Below are positions 62,310 through 64,000 of a stretch of DNA of 64,000 nucleotides, one piece after another. How positions within the stretch are numbered: the stretch's first letter is position 1; the number at the start of each line of letters is the position of its first letter. The notes below the pieces were generated by a model. It was not told the origin of the DNA. It saw only the letters and a program-made list of their open reading frames with translations, and ran no database searches. This DNA comes from Massalongia carnosa (Eukaryota), in contig OZ287076.1 of the NCBI GenBank assembly GCA_965645245.1, positions 248,001 to 312,000 of the forward strand, read 5' to 3'. Made by a program: the position numbers and the translations under genes.

Positions 62310-64000
62310 TCAAGTCCTGCCAGTACTTGTTTTGCCTGTAGGTTCAACCGTGGTTGAATTGTTATCCATGTGTAATTGTCTGACAAACGAGAAGAACTTA
62401 ACATGAGTGAGAGGTTTTGTCAGTCCGTCTGCTATCATGTCTTCTGTTGAGACATAGGTGAGGTCGATTCGTCCCTCGAGGACCTCGTTCCGGATGAAGT
62501 GATGCTGAATGTCTATGTGCTTAGTCCTAGCGTGTAAGACAGGATTGTTGGCAAGGGCTATGGCGCTTTGATTGTCGCCTTTTAATGCGATGGTGCCTTC
62601 TCCTCTTAACACATTTACCGTTGGGGATTCGTTGTCTATAGTCATTAATCCAAGTTCGGTCATCAGTAAACGTAGCCATGTGGCCTCCTTTGCTGCTAAG
62701 GTAAGTGCCATATACTCTGCTTCAGTTGATGATAATGCGACGGTTGTTTGTCTTTTGGAGCACCAGCTTATGGGTCCATTGTTTAACATGAAGACATAAC
62801 CAGACGTTGACTTGCGTTCTTCCTTGTCTCCGGCCCAGTCGGAATCGGAATACCCTTGTATTGTCAGGTCTCCTCCGCCGAAGGTGATACCTCTGTCCTT
62901 GGTAGCGCTAAGATACCTGAGAATATGTTTGGCCGCTTCCATGTGTGTCCTGCTTGGATTTTTCGAATGTCGACTGACTGCAGATGTTGCAAAAGCAATG
63001 TCGGGTCTTGTTTCTATCATCGCGAACATGATGGATCCAACAATGGTTTGATATTGTCTAATGTCTTTGTCGGAGGCTTGGGATTCATTGGTGAAAAGAC
63101 ATTCTTCTCGCATGGGAGTATTGGCTGTTTTTGCATTTTGCATATGAAATCTTTCTAGCACTTTCTCAATATAGGTTGGTTGAGATAGCTTGATGATCCT
63201 TTTGACTCGATCTCGTTCGACCTTGAGACCTAAGTAGTAACTGATCGGTCCCATGTCTACCATTTTGAATGCTAGCTTGAGTTGTCTCTTGACTTCGGTG
63301 ATCATTTGGGAGCCCTTTGGACCTATGATGTTCAGATCATCAACGAAAGAAGTAACGATGGGACCTTTTATGCCTTGAGGTGTGGCGAAGATGCTGTGGT
63401 CTGCGTGAAGCTTCTCGAGTCCTAATTTTTGCAGCAGAAAGGTAGAAAGTCGTTCATACCAGAGGCGAGGAGACTGTTTTAGACCATACAGGGCCTTGTT
63501 CAGTTTACATATCATGCCGGGTACGTCATAACCTTTTGGCATGTGAACATAGATGAGTTGATCAATGAAGCCATTGAGGAAAGCTGTCACTATATCGAGT
63601 TGTTCGATATCCAAGTCATGATAAGCAGCTAATGCGAATATCAGACGAAAGGCCATCGGCTTGACCACAGAAGCGAAGGTTTGATCGAAGTCTACTCCGT
63701 ATTGTTGTAGATATCCCTTGACGACCCATCTAGCTTTGAAGCGGGTGATGTTTCCATTCACATCTTTCTTTAGCTTATATACCCACTTACCGCTTAATGC
63801 TATGTGTCCAAGTTTCATGGTTTCGATAGGTACAGTGTCCCAGGTGTTGTTTTCCATGAGGCTCTTGTGCTCTTCGTTCATTGCCAGGCTCCATTCGTTT
63901 GAATAGCTGGAGTTCATTGCTTGATGATATGTCTGTGGCTCAGCTATGTCTGATTGAACGAACGCATCAAGATCGTTTAGGTTTGCTGCTCCCTCTTTTT
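62310..64000 (-). CDS. Copia pol: reverse transcriptase and RNase H (partial)
   Basis: 'KWVYKLK', 'RFKARWVVKG', 'LDIVTAFLNG', 'KALYGLKQSPRLW', 'FVDD', 'YSDSDWAG', 'STSGY', 'EAEY', 'KHIDI' and 'ADGLTK'. No stops in the 535-aa ORF 62310-63917. Confidence 0.96.
   Translation of the reverse strand, partial: KEGAANLNDLDAFVQSDIAEPQTYHQAMNSSYSNEWSLAMNEEHKSLMENNTWDTVPIETMKLGHIALSGKWVYKLKKDVNGNITRFKARWVVKGYLQQYGVDFDQTFASVVKPMAFRLIFALAAYHDLDIEQLDIVTAFLNGFIDQLIYVHMPKGYDVPGMICKLNKALYGLKQSPRLWYERLSTFLLQKLGLEKLHADHSIFATPQGIKGPIVTSFVDDLNIIGPKGSQMITEVKRQLKLAFKMVDMGPISYYLGLKVERDRVKRIIKLSQPTYIEKVLERFHMQNAKTANTPMREECLFTNESQASDKDIRQYQTIVGSIMFAMIETRPDIAFATSAVSRHSKNPSRTHMEAAKHILRYLSATKDRGITFGGGDLTIQGYSDSDWAGDKEERKSTSGYVFMLNNGPISWCSKRQTTVALSSTEAEYMALTLAAKEATWLRLLMTELGLMTIDNESPTVNVLRGEGTIALKGDNQSAIALANNPVLHARTKHIDIQHHFIRNEVLEGRIDLTYVSTEDMIADGLTKPLTHVKFFSFVRQLHMDNNSTTVEPTGKTSTGRT

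Larger units (their letters stand above)
62013..64000 (-). mobile_element. Ty1/Copia LTR retrotransposon (3' portion; continues beyond window)
   Basis: RT-RNase H ORF, then PPT, then LTR. Confidence 0.95.

Overview
Intron-containing filamentous ascomycete (Pezizomycotina) nuclear DNA in two parts. The first ~39 kb is a compact housekeeping block: ankyrin protein, Nse3/MAGE, Rpc11, Med31, Pal1, SF3B5, Tad1, NT-C2 protein, a Rad51 paralog, Sls1-like, TeaR, LMBR1-like, Med15, SLC35F6-like and Whi5/Nrm1-like. An intact pogo/Tigger-type transposon sits in one of its divergent promoters. The last ~25 kb is gene-poor and accessory-like. It holds an atypical six-cysteine hydrophobin, a stand-alone A-T-TE NRPS-like synthetase, small MITE-like and dispersed repeats, a decayed HeLo-like/ubiquitin-like/T5orf172 (GIY-YIG-like) multidomain gene, and a Ty1/Copia element nested in a piggyBac transposase. 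Other signals worth follow-up are a candidate structured ncRNA at ~4080-4335 and dense clusters of a TAC(G/A)GAGTA motif in intergenic DNA. All family assignments come from reading motifs by eye; no database searches were run.
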